DNA of 49,318 nt, taken from an uncultured Acidimicrobiales bacterium. GTDB taxonomy: Bacteria; Actinomycetota; Acidimicrobiia; Acidimicrobiales; SHLQ01. Position 1 is the first letter of the stretch. Each line of letters begins with the position of its first letter. The stretch is from contig CAZTDG010000003.1 in NCBI GenBank assembly GCA_964612655.1, forward strand, positions 1 to 49,318, read 5' to 3'. The notes beneath the pieces are model-generated. The model was not told the origin of the DNA. It worked only from the letters and a program-made list of their open reading frames with translations, and did no database searches. Shown here one piece after another: positions 37,363-46,485 of this stretch. The position numbers and the translations under genes are program-made.

Positions 37363-38607
37363 ATGCTGATTCCACCGATCGATCTACAGGGCGGCCAAGC
37401 GGTCCAACTCATTGGCGGCAAAGAGCATGCGCTCTCCGCAGGCGACCCGCGGCCTCTCGCCGAGAAGTTCGGTCGGGTCGGCGAGATCGCCGTGGTCGAT
37501 CTCGACGCTGCGCTCGGAACCGGCAACAACACCGAGCTGATCAAGGAACTCCTGCCCCTTGCGCCATGCCGCGTCGGCGGAGGCATCCGTAGCGTCGAAG
37601 CTGCAATCGAGTGGCTCGACGCCGGAGCCATCAAGGTCGTGCTCGGCACCGCGGCAACCCCCGAGGTGCTGTCGCAGTTGCCACCGGAACGAACCGTGGT
37701 CGCCCTCGACAGTTTCGACGGCGAGGTCGTCACCCACGGCTGGACCAAGGGCACCGGGCAGCGAGTCGAGGACAAGCTCGAGGAACTGCGCGATCTCACC
37801 ACCGGATTCCTGATGACCTTCGTCGAGCGCGAAGGTCGAAAGACCGGCACCGACCCCGACACGCTTCGCCGCTACCTCGACGCTGCTGGCGATTCCCGGG
37901 TCACCTTCGCTGGCGGTGTCGCAAGTGCCGAAGAGATCGGCGAAATTCACGCGCTCGGCGCAGATGCCCAAGTCGGCATGGCGCTCTACGAGGGGCACTT
38001 CTCACTCGCCGACTCGGTCGCTGCCTGCTTGACCAGCGATCGACCCGATGGGCTCTGGCCGACCGTGGTCACCAATGAGCGCGGCCAGTCACTTGGCCTG
38101 GCCTACTCGAACCTCGAGAGCCTCGATCGCACGATCGAAACCGGCGACGTCCATTACTGGAGCCGCAGCCGTGGCGAACTCTGGCAAAAGGGCCTCACCT
38201 CGGGCGATACCCAACGCCTACTACGACTTACTCCCGATTGCGACAGCGACACCCTAGAGTTCCGTGTCGTCCAAGCCGGGCGAGGGTTCTGCCATTTGAA
38301 GCAAACCAGCTGCTTCGGTGACCTCGACGGATTCGCGGAACTCGAGCGTCGACTCGAGGAGCGGGTGGCGAATGCGCCAGAGGGCAGCTATACCAAGCGA
38401 CTGTTCGACGACCGCGAGCTGTTGGCTTCCAAAATCACCGAAGAGGCCGGCGAACTCAACGAGGCCGTTGAACGTGGCGACATTACACACGAGGCAGCCG
38501 ACGTCTTGTTCTTCGTGATGACCAGGCTCGCGGCCGAGGGCATCCCGCTCGCAGACGTCGAACGTGTCCTCGACGAGCGAGCGCTCAAAGTCACACGCCG
38601 CGACTAA
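37363..38607 (+). CDS. Triple-fusion histidine-biosynthesis protein: HisA-like (beta/alpha)8 isomerase + HisI (PR-AMP cyclohydrolase) + HisE (PR-ATP pyrophosphatase)
   Basis: - Residues 1-240: MLIPPIDLQGGQAVQL...VVDLDAA...VGGGIRS...VVLGTAA...FAGGVAS...GMALYEG (HisA/HisF barrel pattern).
- Middle: LWPTVV...YWSRSRGELWQKGLTSGD...DCDSDTL...GFCHLKQTSCFG (HisI).
- C-terminus: GSYTKRLF...KITEEAGEL...EAADVLFF (HisE).
ATG 37363 is preferred over TTG 37336. Confidence 0.8.
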   Translation: MLIPPIDLQGGQAVQLIGGKEHALSAGDPRPLAEKFGRVGEIAVVDLDAALGTGNNTELIKELLPLAPCRVGGGIRSVEAAIEWLDAGAIKVVLGTAATPEVLSQLPPERTVVALDSFDGEVVTHGWTKGTGQRVEDKLEELRDLTTGFLMTFVEREGRKTGTDPDTLRRYLDAAGDSRVTFAGGVASAEEIGEIHALGADAQVGMALYEGHFSLADSVAACLTSDRPDGLWPTVVTNERGQSLGLAYSNLESLDRTIETGDVHYWSRSRGELWQKGLTSGDTQRLLRLTPDCDSDTLEFRVVQAGRGFCHLKQTSCFGDLDGFAELERRLEERVANAPEGSYTKRLFDDRELLASKITEEAGELNEAVERGDITHEAADVLFFVMTRLAAEGIPLADVERVLDERALKVTRRD

Positions 38608-38643
38608 ACAGAACGCAGCGAAGAAGCGGCGTAGGGTGCCAGG

Positions 38644-39816
38644 GTGTCCAACATCCGCCTCGCTGGCTTTTCCGCAATGTTGCTAGCGACCATGGCGGCG
38701 TCAACCTTTACGTTCTTTGCGCTCGCCGTTGCCGCGTCCGCGTTAGAGGCCGAGTTCAACATCGGAAAGTTTGAGATCGGCCTACTCGGTGCGGTCAACA
38801 CCCTCGTTGGAGGCCTAATTGCGCCGACCGCCGGACGACTCAGCGACCGGCTCGGCGGGCGTTACGCCATGGGCGCAACGCTCGTGGCTGCGGGCGTAGC
38901 CGCTGCACTGGCCGCACTCTCCAACAGCTATCTGGCCCTCCTCGCAGTGATGGGCGTAGCCGGGGTTGCCCAGGGTTCGAGCAACCCAGCCTGCAACCGA
39001 GCAATCTCGGAGGGCATCACCAAAACCAAACGCGGCATCGTGACCGGAATCAAACAATCGGGCGTGCAGATGGCCGTCTTCCTCTCCGGGTTCGCCGTGC
39101 CGGGCCTCACCGAATCGTTTGGGTGGCGATCGAGCATGTGGTTTGTCGCCGGGTTCGCGGCGGTCGCGCTCCTTGGGCTGCCACTCATTACCGCCTCCGA
39201 CGCCGCCGAAAAGAAAAAGGCGGTCACGGACGCCCCTGCCCGACTCTCGATGTTCGTGAACCAAGTGGCTATCTACGGGTTCCTCCTCGGCATCGTCGGT
39301 GGCGGGCTCGGCAGATTCTTGCCGCTCTTCGCCGAGCAGGAAGTTGGCTTAACGCTGGCACAAGCCGGACAGGTCTTCGGCGTGCAAGGCTTGGTTGCGG
39401 TGCCAACCCGCCTCGTTTCCGGCGTGCTCTTAGATCGAGGGGTTTCAGCTCGAGCGATGCTCGGGTTCATGGGCGTCTTCGGCGCGGTCGCCGTGCTGCT
39501 CATCCTCGCTGCGAGCGGAGGCACAGCAGGATGGCTTTGGGCCGGCACGGTGCTCGCCGGGCTGACACTCGGTTCATGGAACACTGCCGCGAACCTGTCG
39601 ATGATCCGACAACCCGATTCTGGACGCGCGACCGGTCGACTGATCTTGGGCTTCCTTATCGGGCTGACCGTCGGCGGCCCGGCCGTTGGCTGGTCTATCG
39701 ACAACTTTGGCTATTCGCCAGCGTGGGTTGCGAGTGCGATTCTCTCGGCCTTAGGCGCAGCAGTCATCGCCCGACGGCCAGTCAATGAGCGGCCATCGGT
39801 ACCCTTGACCTCGTGA
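38644..39816 (+). CDS. MFS transporter
   Basis: 390 aa, ~12 hydrophobic helices, MFS loop motif GRLSDRLGGR. GTG start. Confidence 0.8.
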   Translation: MSNIRLAGFSAMLLATMAASTFTFFALAVAASALEAEFNIGKFEIGLLGAVNTLVGGLIAPTAGRLSDRLGGRYAMGATLVAAGVAAALAALSNSYLALLAVMGVAGVAQGSSNPACNRAISEGITKTKRGIVTGIKQSGVQMAVFLSGFAVPGLTESFGWRSSMWFVAGFAAVALLGLPLITASDAAEKKKAVTDAPARLSMFVNQVAIYGFLLGIVGGGLGRFLPLFAEQEVGLTLAQAGQVFGVQGLVAVPTRLVSGVLLDRGVSARAMLGFMGVFGAVAVLLILAASGGTAGWLWAGTVLAGLTLGSWNTAANLSMIRQPDSGRATGRLILGFLIGLTVGGPAVGWSIDNFGYSPAWVASAILSALGAAVIARRPVNERPSVPLTS

Positions 39817-40610
39817 CGAATCGACACCCCCAACGAGGCCGCACCAACAAGGTGTTTGTCGAACGTCACGGCGCGGACGGACATCGCCGACGTCCCGACG
39901 AGGTGATCGTCGAGGAACCGCTATGGATCCAACTCGACGGCACCCTCGTATCGACCACGATGAGAACCCCGGGCAACGACTACGAACTGGCGGCCGGATT
40001 CCTCCACGCTGAAGGCCTCCTCGGCGATGCCGCGGTCACGGGTGTTCGCTATTGCGCCGACGGTCCAGCGCTCGAAAGCGAGTTCAACATCGTCACGGTC
40101 GAGACCGGCGGTCTCGCACCGGAACCCACCCCTCGACTCGGGTCCACCTCATCCTCGTGTGGACTCTGCGGCGCCGATGCCATCGATGAGCTCACCGACC
40201 GGTTGGTGCCCTTCGTCGAACCCCCTCAATTCGATCCCATGCTCTTGGCAGAGGTGGCCGAAAAGGTTCGCGCTGAACAAGACCTATTCACCAAGACGGG
40301 AGCGGTCCATGCCGCGGCGAGTTTCGATGCCGACGGCACGATTCTCCTCGTCCGTGAAGACATCGGGCGCCACAACGCTGTCGACAAGATCGTCGGGCGA
40401 ATGCTCCTCGATGGTGAACTCCCAACGCCTGGGCTCGGCCTGTACGTGAGTGGGCGAGCCAGCTTCGAGATGGTGCAGAAGGCGTGGGCGGGCGGCTTTG
40501 CGACGCTCGTCGCGGTCAGCGCTCCCTCGGCCCTCGCAATCGAAACGGCATCGGCTGCCAACATGCAACTCGCCGGTTTCCTGCGCGACGGCGAGATCAA
40601 CGTCTACTGA
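39813..40610 (+). CDS. fdhD: Formate dehydrogenase accessory sulfurtransferase FdhD
   Basis: EEPLWIQLDG, RTPGNDYELAAGFLHAEGL, SSSCGLCG, TGAVHAAA, EDIGRHNAVDKIVG, SGRASFEMVQKA are canonical FdhD blocks. The GTG start overlaps the MFS TGA (GTGA at 39813-39816). Confidence 0.9.
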   Translation: MTNRHPQRGRTNKVFVERHGADGHRRRPDEVIVEEPLWIQLDGTLVSTTMRTPGNDYELAAGFLHAEGLLGDAAVTGVRYCADGPALESEFNIVTVETGGLAPEPTPRLGSTSSSCGLCGADAIDELTDRLVPFVEPPQFDPMLLAEVAEKVRAEQDLFTKTGAVHAAASFDADGTILLVREDIGRHNAVDKIVGRMLLDGELPTPGLGLYVSGRASFEMVQKAWAGGFATLVAVSAPSALAIETASAANMQLAGFLRDGEINVY

Positions 40611-40673
40611 ACGCCAGCTCAACAGCTGAGGACCACTGACATCCGAACTCGGGAATCGCCGTAGGCTGGCAGC

Positions 40674-41354
40674 ATGACCGAACCAGTTGCCCCCTCGGAA
40701 GGACGCGGTGTCGTCCATTTGTTCTGCAAGCCAACGGCCTCCTTCGATGAAGCCGCAGCGACAGCCGCGATCGAGAAAGCTCAGGCGGACGACGTACAGG
40801 TCGTGACCGTGTCGATGCTGGGCCACAAGGCCGATGTCGCGATCATGGCGATGCACCCCGACTGGTGGGCGCTGCGCAAGCTCCAATCCGCAATCACCGC
40901 CTCGGGACTCGACGTCGTCGATTCGTTCGTTTCGCTGACCGAGATCAGCGAGTACGCGGCTGGTGTTCCTGAAGAGATGCGCAACATGCGCCTCTACCCC
41001 GACCTCAGCGACGTACATGACGACAAGCCAGCCTGGTGCTTCTACCCGATGAGCAAGAAGCGCGAGAGCCACGCCAACTGGTTCGAGCTCCCCTTCGACG
41101 AACGCATGGAGCTGATGTACGGACACGGCAAATCCGGACGAGCGTTCAAGGGGCGCATCCTGCAGGTCATCACCGGGTCGACCGGCATCGACGACTGGGA
41201 ATGGGGCGTCACGCTATTTGGCCAACATCCCGATGATCTCAAAGACTGTGTGTACACGATGCGCTTCGACGAAGCCTCCTCAAGCTATGCCGAGTTCGGC
41301 ACCTTCTACACCGGCATCGTTGCAGAGCCTTCCCAGGTTTTCTCCGCGCTGTAA
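40674..41354 (+). CDS. hemQ: Chlorite-dismutase-family coproheme decarboxylase (HemQ/ChdC)
   Basis: 226 aa. WCFYPMSKKRESHANWFELPFDERMELMYGHGKSGRAFKGRILQVITGSTGIDDWEWGVTLF is the typical actinobacterial HemQ block. Confidence 0.8.
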   Translation: MTEPVAPSEGRGVVHLFCKPTASFDEAAATAAIEKAQADDVQVVTVSMLGHKADVAIMAMHPDWWALRKLQSAITASGLDVVDSFVSLTEISEYAAGVPEEMRNMRLYPDLSDVHDDKPAWCFYPMSKKRESHANWFELPFDERMELMYGHGKSGRAFKGRILQVITGSTGIDDWEWGVTLFGQHPDDLKDCVYTMRFDEASSSYAEFGTFYTGIVAEPSQVFSAL

Positions 41355-41412
41355 ATACGCACCCTTCACGCGCACTTCTCGACGAGGGCCTAGCTGACCT
41401 AGAGTCTCGGCT

Positions 41413-41676
41413 ATGGCATCGCCCGAAGACATCGCTGACGCTCAACAAAGGCTGGAGAACGAGTACAAGTCCGCCATGGAATCACTCGGCGATCTCTATG
41501 TTGCGGTCGAGGCGCTGAAGTCTGCTGGGTTGCACGACGACATCGTGGGCCTGTTGTCGAACATCGAAGATGCGGCCAAGAAGGCCCGCACCGGCGGCGT
41601 GATCGGCTCGGGAGCCAAGTCCCATGACAAGGCCCTGAAGCAGCTCCGCGAACTCACCGCTGACCCCAACGCATAG
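41413..41676 (+). CDS. Small all-helical hypothetical protein (87 aa)
   Basis: GC-rich third codon positions and a natural-looking amphipathic composition. It ends 10 nt before the next gene. No recognisable motif; weak RBS. Confidence 0.55.
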   Translation: MASPEDIADAQQRLENEYKSAMESLGDLYVAVEALKSAGLHDDIVGLLSNIEDAAKKARTGGVIGSGAKSHDKALKQLRELTADPNA

Positions 41677-41685
41677 GAAGGCCAG

Positions 41686-43047
41686 ATGGCCGTTGACGAT
41701 CGCACACTCGACACCCTGACCGAGGAGAACGCCGAGCTCCTGCAGGCGATGATCCGCAACCAGTGCGTGAATGACGGAACGCCCGAGTCCGGCCACGAAA
41801 CCAGAAACGCGGAACTACTTCGCAACGAACTCGAGAACACCGGCGCCGACATCGAGATCCTTCCCGTCCTTCCCGGACGAGACTCGATCGTCGCCCGTCT
41901 GGCGGGTACCGATCCCAACGCGCCAACGCTCATGATGATGGGGCACCTCGACGTTGTGCCCGCCAACCCAGAAGGCTGGAAGGTCGACCCCTTCGGCGGC
42001 GAGCGCATCGGTGACGAGATTTGGGGTCGTGGCGCGGTCGACATGTTGAACGTGACCTCATCGATGGCGGTGACGTTCCGCCACATCGCCAACTCGAACT
42101 CCCGCTACCCCGGTGACATCGTCTACTTCGGCGTGGCCGATGAAGAGGCGGGCGGCGTCTACGGCGCCAAGCAGTTGGTGGCCGACCGCTGGGATGTCCT
42201 CAACTGCGACTACGTCCTCACCGAATACGGCGGGTCGCCAATCATGAACGATCAGGGTTTGACCGTGCTTCTCACCACCGCCGAGAAAGGCATGGCACCT
42301 CAGATCATCACCGTCAGCGGAGAACCCGGTCACGGCTCGATGCCCTACGGAACAGACAACGCGATCTCCAAGGCGGCCGAGATCGTCCGCCGGATCGAGC
42401 AATACAACCCGGGCGCCCGAATCGACGAGATGTTCACCCAGCGGATCAAGGCAATGGGCTTCGAACCCGACGTCGAGTCCAAGATGCTCGACCCCGGTCG
42501 CATCCGAGACGCACTCGATCAGATCGAGCCCGGCCTGGCACGAAACCTGCACTCGTGCTGTCACATGAGCTTCTCGCCCAACATCATCCATGGCGGGTCC
42601 AAGATCAACACCATCCCCGACAGCGTCGAGCTCCAAGTCGACATCCGCGTGCTCCCAGGCGATACCGAAGAGGACGTACTGAGCCACCTCCAAGCCGCCA
42701 TCGGGCCGGAGTTGATGGCCTCCTGTGAGATCCGGCCCTACCTCGATCACGACGCCACCTCGACCGAATCCCCCACCGATACCCCACTGTGGGATGCATT
42801 GGTCGACTCAATCCACATGACCTACCCCGGAGCCTCGGTGCTGCCATCGATCGTGACCGGCGGGACCGACGCACGGTTCTTTCGTCACCGCGGCGTCCCC
42901 TCCTATGGCGCCGGGCTCCTCAGTTCGAACGTGAGCCTCGGCGAGTTCATGAACCGCTTCCACGGACACAACGAACGCATCGATATCGAATCGCTTCGAC
43001 TTACCACGAAGCTGTGGATTGACGTCTGCGACCGACTCTGGATCTAG
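41686..43047 (+). CDS. M20-family metallopeptidase (dipeptidase / ArgE-DapE-like)
   Basis: MMMGHLDVVPANPEGWKVDPFGGE...IWGRGAVDM, GVADEEAGG, and a C-terminal HGHNERI. RBS AGGAAGG lies before ATG 41686. Confidence 0.85.
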   Translation: MAVDDRTLDTLTEENAELLQAMIRNQCVNDGTPESGHETRNAELLRNELENTGADIEILPVLPGRDSIVARLAGTDPNAPTLMMMGHLDVVPANPEGWKVDPFGGERIGDEIWGRGAVDMLNVTSSMAVTFRHIANSNSRYPGDIVYFGVADEEAGGVYGAKQLVADRWDVLNCDYVLTEYGGSPIMNDQGLTVLLTTAEKGMAPQIITVSGEPGHGSMPYGTDNAISKAAEIVRRIEQYNPGARIDEMFTQRIKAMGFEPDVESKMLDPGRIRDALDQIEPGLARNLHSCCHMSFSPNIIHGGSKINTIPDSVELQVDIRVLPGDTEEDVLSHLQAAIGPELMASCEIRPYLDHDATSTESPTDTPLWDALVDSIHMTYPGASVLPSIVTGGTDARFFRHRGVPSYGAGLLSSNVSLGEFMNRFHGHNERIDIESLRLTTKLWIDVCDRLWI

Positions 43048-43173
43048 CCACCACGCACCAGAATTGTTGGAGCGTTGTGTTAACCCCCTGTGACGGCGGC
43101 CGGCCGACCTTGTTGGCAGCCGTGAAGAGCGCTAGAACAGGTTGAGTTGGAACTACCTGGAGGGGTAATACAC

Positions 43174-44373
43174 ATGTTGTTTTCGAAGCGAGCGCTGCTT
43201 GCACTCTTTACGTTGTTTGCGTTGATCGCAGCAGCGTGTGGCGGCGAGGCCGCAACAGAGACGGCATCGGCGGAGTCCGATGCCGGAGAATCTTCCGGTG
43301 GAGAGGCATCTGAGGGAGCTGGCGACGTTCGCGCAGCGTTCGTCATGGTCGCTCCCGTCGGCGATGCTGGCTGGAACTTCCAGCACAACCAAGGACGCAT
43401 CAATGCCGGAGACAACCTCGGTGTCGAAACTGCGTTCGTCGAGAACATCCCCGAGGGAAGCGCCGAGTTCGACAACGCCGTACAGAACTTCATCGACGAC
43501 GGCTACAACGTGATCTTCACCACCTCGTTCGGCTACCAGGACGCCACCTTGGAATTCGCAGACGCAAACCCTGACGTTCGCTTTGAGCACATCTCCGGCT
43601 TCCTCGGCAACGAGACCAACTTCGGCAACACCTTCGGCCGCATGTATCAGCCACGCTTCATCGCCGGCATGGCCGCAGGCGCAGAGACCGACTCAAACCG
43701 CATCGGCTACGTCGCTGCCTTCCCGATCCCTGAGGTCATCCGCGGCATCAACGCCTTCTCACTCGGTGTCGCCGAGACTAACCCTGACGCGGTCGTCGAG
43801 GTCATTTGGACCTCCACTTGGTTCGATCCAGGCGTCGAAGGCAACGCTGCTCAAGCCGTGATCGACAACGGCGCAGACGTACTTACGATGCACCAAGACT
43901 CGACCGCTGTCGGCCAGGCCATCACCGACGCTGGCGGCACCTTCATTGGCTACCACAGCGACATGAGCGAGCAGGTAGGCGCCTACCTCACCGCTCCGGT
44001 TTGGGACTGGACTCCACGCTACGAAGAGGTCATCCAAGAAGCCATCGACGGTGAGTTCGCACCTACCTCGTGGTGGGGCGGTATGGCTGACGGCGTTGTA
44101 GACATCGAGATTCCAGGCAGCTCTCCAGTAGCCGATGAGATGACCGCTGTGCGCGAGTCGATCCTCGCTGGCGACTTCGACGTGTTCGACCAGGGCGTCA
44201 TCGCTGACCAGGACGGCAACGTCATCTTCGAAGACGGCATCGTGCAGACCGAACTCGTCAACCCCTTCGATGACACCGTCGTCGTCGGTGCTGTTGGCGA
44301 CGAGATCAACGATGGTGTTCTTCTCAACATGAACTTCTTCGTCGACAACGTCGAAGGCTCGGTCGAGGGCTAG
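43174..44373 (+). CDS. BMP-family (PnrA/Med-like) ABC substrate-binding lipoprotein, nucleoside-type
   Basis: Lipobox LIAAAC plus an acidic Ser/Gly/Glu linker. BMP blocks: AAFVMVAPVGDAGWNFQHNQG, DGYNVIFTTSFGY, IGYVAAFPIPEVIRGINAF. RBS GGAGGGG lies before ATG 43174. Confidence 0.85.
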   Translation: MLFSKRALLALFTLFALIAAACGGEAATETASAESDAGESSGGEASEGAGDVRAAFVMVAPVGDAGWNFQHNQGRINAGDNLGVETAFVENIPEGSAEFDNAVQNFIDDGYNVIFTTSFGYQDATLEFADANPDVRFEHISGFLGNETNFGNTFGRMYQPRFIAGMAAGAETDSNRIGYVAAFPIPEVIRGINAFSLGVAETNPDAVVEVIWTSTWFDPGVEGNAAQAVIDNGADVLTMHQDSTAVGQAITDAGGTFIGYHSDMSEQVGAYLTAPVWDWTPRYEEVIQEAIDGEFAPTSWWGGMADGVVDIEIPGSSPVADEMTAVRESILAGDFDVFDQGVIADQDGNVIFEDGIVQTELVNPFDDTVVVGAVGDEINDGVLLNMNFFVDNVEGSVEG

Positions 44374-44393
44374 TCCCTTCCCGTGATTCTTAG

Positions 44394-44429
44394 GTTGGGC
44401 CGCCCGCTCGGGCGGCCCAACTGCGTTTT
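44394..44429 (+). terminator. Rho-independent terminator-like hairpin after the BMP lipoprotein gene
   Basis: GTTGGGCCGCCC (44394-44405), loop GCTC, GGGCGGCCCAAC (44410-44421): a 12-bp perfect stem followed by TGCGTTTTC (T4 at 44426-44429). Confidence 0.7.
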
Positions 44430-44498
44430 CAAGAAAACTGTGGTTCGATTCCGTTGCTACCGCCCGGGTGTCGACCACAGAACTAGTAGGGGGCCTCG

Positions 44499-44897
44499 GT
44501 GGCTGTGAATCCAATGACAAATGAACGCCTTGGCGAGATCATTCGCGAGCACGCCGACACTGTTCACCAGGACGAGGCCAGCTACTGGCAGTTCGACTAC
44601 TTCGGTTTCCAATTGATCGCCGTCACCGACTCCTCATCGAATCGAATGCGAATCATGAGCCCAATCTCGGCCCTCGATGGTCTGGACGAGGCGTTGTTGT
44701 TGGAATGTCTGGCCGCCAACTTCGACCGCGCCCTCGACGCTCGCTACGCCACCTCACAAGGTGTGCTGTGGAGCGCGTTCATCCATACGCTCGCCGAATT
44801 GAATGACGACCAAGTCGTGGCAGCTATCAATCAAGTGGCGCGACTCTCGGCTACCTTTGGAACCACCTTCACGAGCAGCGACCTGTCGTTCGGATGA
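44499..44897 (+). CDS. Small acidic cytosolic protein, secretion-chaperone-like (CesT/YbjN-type fold suspected)
   Basis: 132 aa. The pattern ...NRMRIMSPI...LLLECLAANFDRALDARYATSQGVLWSAFIHTLAELNDDQVVAAINQVARL... resembles small chaperone-like families as I remember them. AGGGGG lies 5 nt before GTG 44499 (alternative ATG 44514). Confidence 0.5.
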   Translation: MAVNPMTNERLGEIIREHADTVHQDEASYWQFDYFGFQLIAVTDSSSNRMRIMSPISALDGLDEALLLECLAANFDRALDARYATSQGVLWSAFIHTLAELNDDQVVAAINQVARLSATFGTTFTSSDLSFG

Positions 44898-44955
44898 AAC
44901 CTCGGATCCCGAGTTGGACGAGCTCTGCGGTGTCGAGGAGAGTTGGGCGTTCGAA

Positions 44956-46485
44956 ATGACCAGCACCCCCGCCTCGCCCGCCGTCGAACTCGACGGTATT
45001 TGGAAACGATTCCCCGGAGTTATCGCTAACGCCGGGGCGTCTCTTCGCGTCAAGGCTAGTTCGGTCCACGCGGTTCTCGGCGAGAACGGCGCGGGCAAGA
45101 CCACACTGATGAACGTCCTCGCTGGGGTCTACCAACCCGACGAAGGTCGAGTGCTACTCGACGGCGCCGAGCAGCGCTTCTCCCGCCCCGCCGACGCCAT
45201 CGCTGCCGGGGTAGGAATGGTCCACCAGGAGTTCCGCCTCATCCCCACGTTCACGGTGTCAGAGAACGTGGTGCTGGGTTCCGCCCCTCGCCTCGTCACC
45301 AAGTCGGCGATCGAGTCGAGCGTCGGTGAGCTCGCCGAGAGATTCGGCCTAGATACCGAACCCGGCCGCGAGGTATGGCAGTTGTCGATGGGCGAGCGTC
45401 AGCGAGTAGAGATCCTCAAAGCCTTGTGGCGCGACGCCCGCGTGCTCATCCTCGATGAGCCAACGGCCGTTCTGACTCCCGCTGAAGCCGAAGAGCTCGG
45501 CCGCATCACCGCGAGCATGGCCGCCGATGGCCGCTCGATCATCTTCATCAGCCACAAACTCGATGAGGTAACAGCCTTCTGTGACGAAGCGACCGTCCTT
45601 CGAGGAGGAGCGACCGTCGCCGAATCCCTTCCGGTCGAGTCGCTGACGGCAGCTGGGTTAGCCGAACTCATGGTGGGCGAAGCCACCGAAGTTTCGCAAC
45701 GCCGGATCCGGACAAGCCCCGTCTCAGATGACCCCGCATTGCAAGTCGCCGGGCTACACGTACAGGACATCCATGGGCGCGCAGTGGTCGACGGCGTGAG
45801 CATCGAAGTCGCCAAGGGCGAGATCGTCGGTATCGCCGGGGTTGCAGGCAATGGTCAACGACCCTTGGCAGACGCCATCGCCGGTCTGGCGTCGCCAGAT
45901 GCCGGAACGGTGGCGGTCAGCGGTGACGACATCAGCGCGCTCACCCCGAGCGACCGCAGCGACGCAGGCTTGGCCTATGTACCCGAGGATCGCATCGGCG
46001 TCGGCCTAGCCCCTCGGATGAACGTGGTCGAGAACGCGATGATGCGCAGCTACCGGTCGCTCTCGAACGGACCGTTCATCGACCGACAAGCCGCCGAGAG
46101 CCACGCCGAAGAACTGGTCGAGAGCTACAACGTGAAGGTCGGCCAAATGCACGCGCCGATGGCCGCTCTATCGGGCGGCAACCTGCAACGGCTGCTCGTC
46201 GGGCGCGAATTAGCTGCCGAACCCGCAGCGCTCATAGCTGCCCAACCCACCCGCGGCCTCGACGTCCAAGGCGTTGCTGCGATCCAACGCATCCTTCTTG
46301 ACCAGGCCGAGAACGGCGTTGGCATCCTTCTCATCAGCGAGGACCTCGAAGAGCTGTTTGCCCTGAGCGATCGACTCCTCGTCATGCACGAGGGCGCGGT
46401 CGTCGGCGAGTTCGACCCCGACGTTGCAACCAGAGCCGAAGTCGGCGCCGCCATGGCGGGCGCCAACCACGAGGCGGCGACCTAA
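44956..46485 (+). CDS. Two-domain ABC transporter ATP-binding protein (BMP/nucleoside-sugar type)
   Basis: First Walker A GENGAGKTT, signature LSMGERQRVEILKAL, Walker B LILDEPT. Second domain GVAGNGQ, LSGGNLQRLLVGREL. ATG 44956; the upstream part of the track ORF overlaps the previous gene. Confidence 0.9.
   Translation: MTSTPASPAVELDGIWKRFPGVIANAGASLRVKASSVHAVLGENGAGKTTLMNVLAGVYQPDEGRVLLDGAEQRFSRPADAIAAGVGMVHQEFRLIPTFTVSENVVLGSAPRLVTKSAIESSVGELAERFGLDTEPGREVWQLSMGERQRVEILKALWRDARVLILDEPTAVLTPAEAEELGRITASMAADGRSIIFISHKLDEVTAFCDEATVLRGGATVAESLPVESLTAAGLAELMVGEATEVSQRRIRTSPVSDDPALQVAGLHVQDIHGRAVVDGVSIEVAKGEIVGIAGVAGNGQRPLADAIAGLASPDAGTVAVSGDDISALTPSDRSDAGLAYVPEDRIGVGLAPRMNVVENAMMRSYRSLSNGPFIDRQAAESHAEELVESYNVKVGQMHAPMAALSGGNLQRLLVGRELAAEPAALIAAQPTRGLDVQGVAAIQRILLDQAENGVGILLISEDLEELFALSDRLLVMHEGAVVGEFDPDVATRAEVGAAMAGANHEAAT

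Noticed and set aside
44442-44452. tRNA T-loop-like GGTTCGATTCC (possible tRNA or att-site remnant).
   Set aside because: The flanking T-stem pairs poorly (two G-U pairs and a mismatch). No complementary acceptor strand, D-arm or anticodon arm exists upstream. No integrase is nearby.
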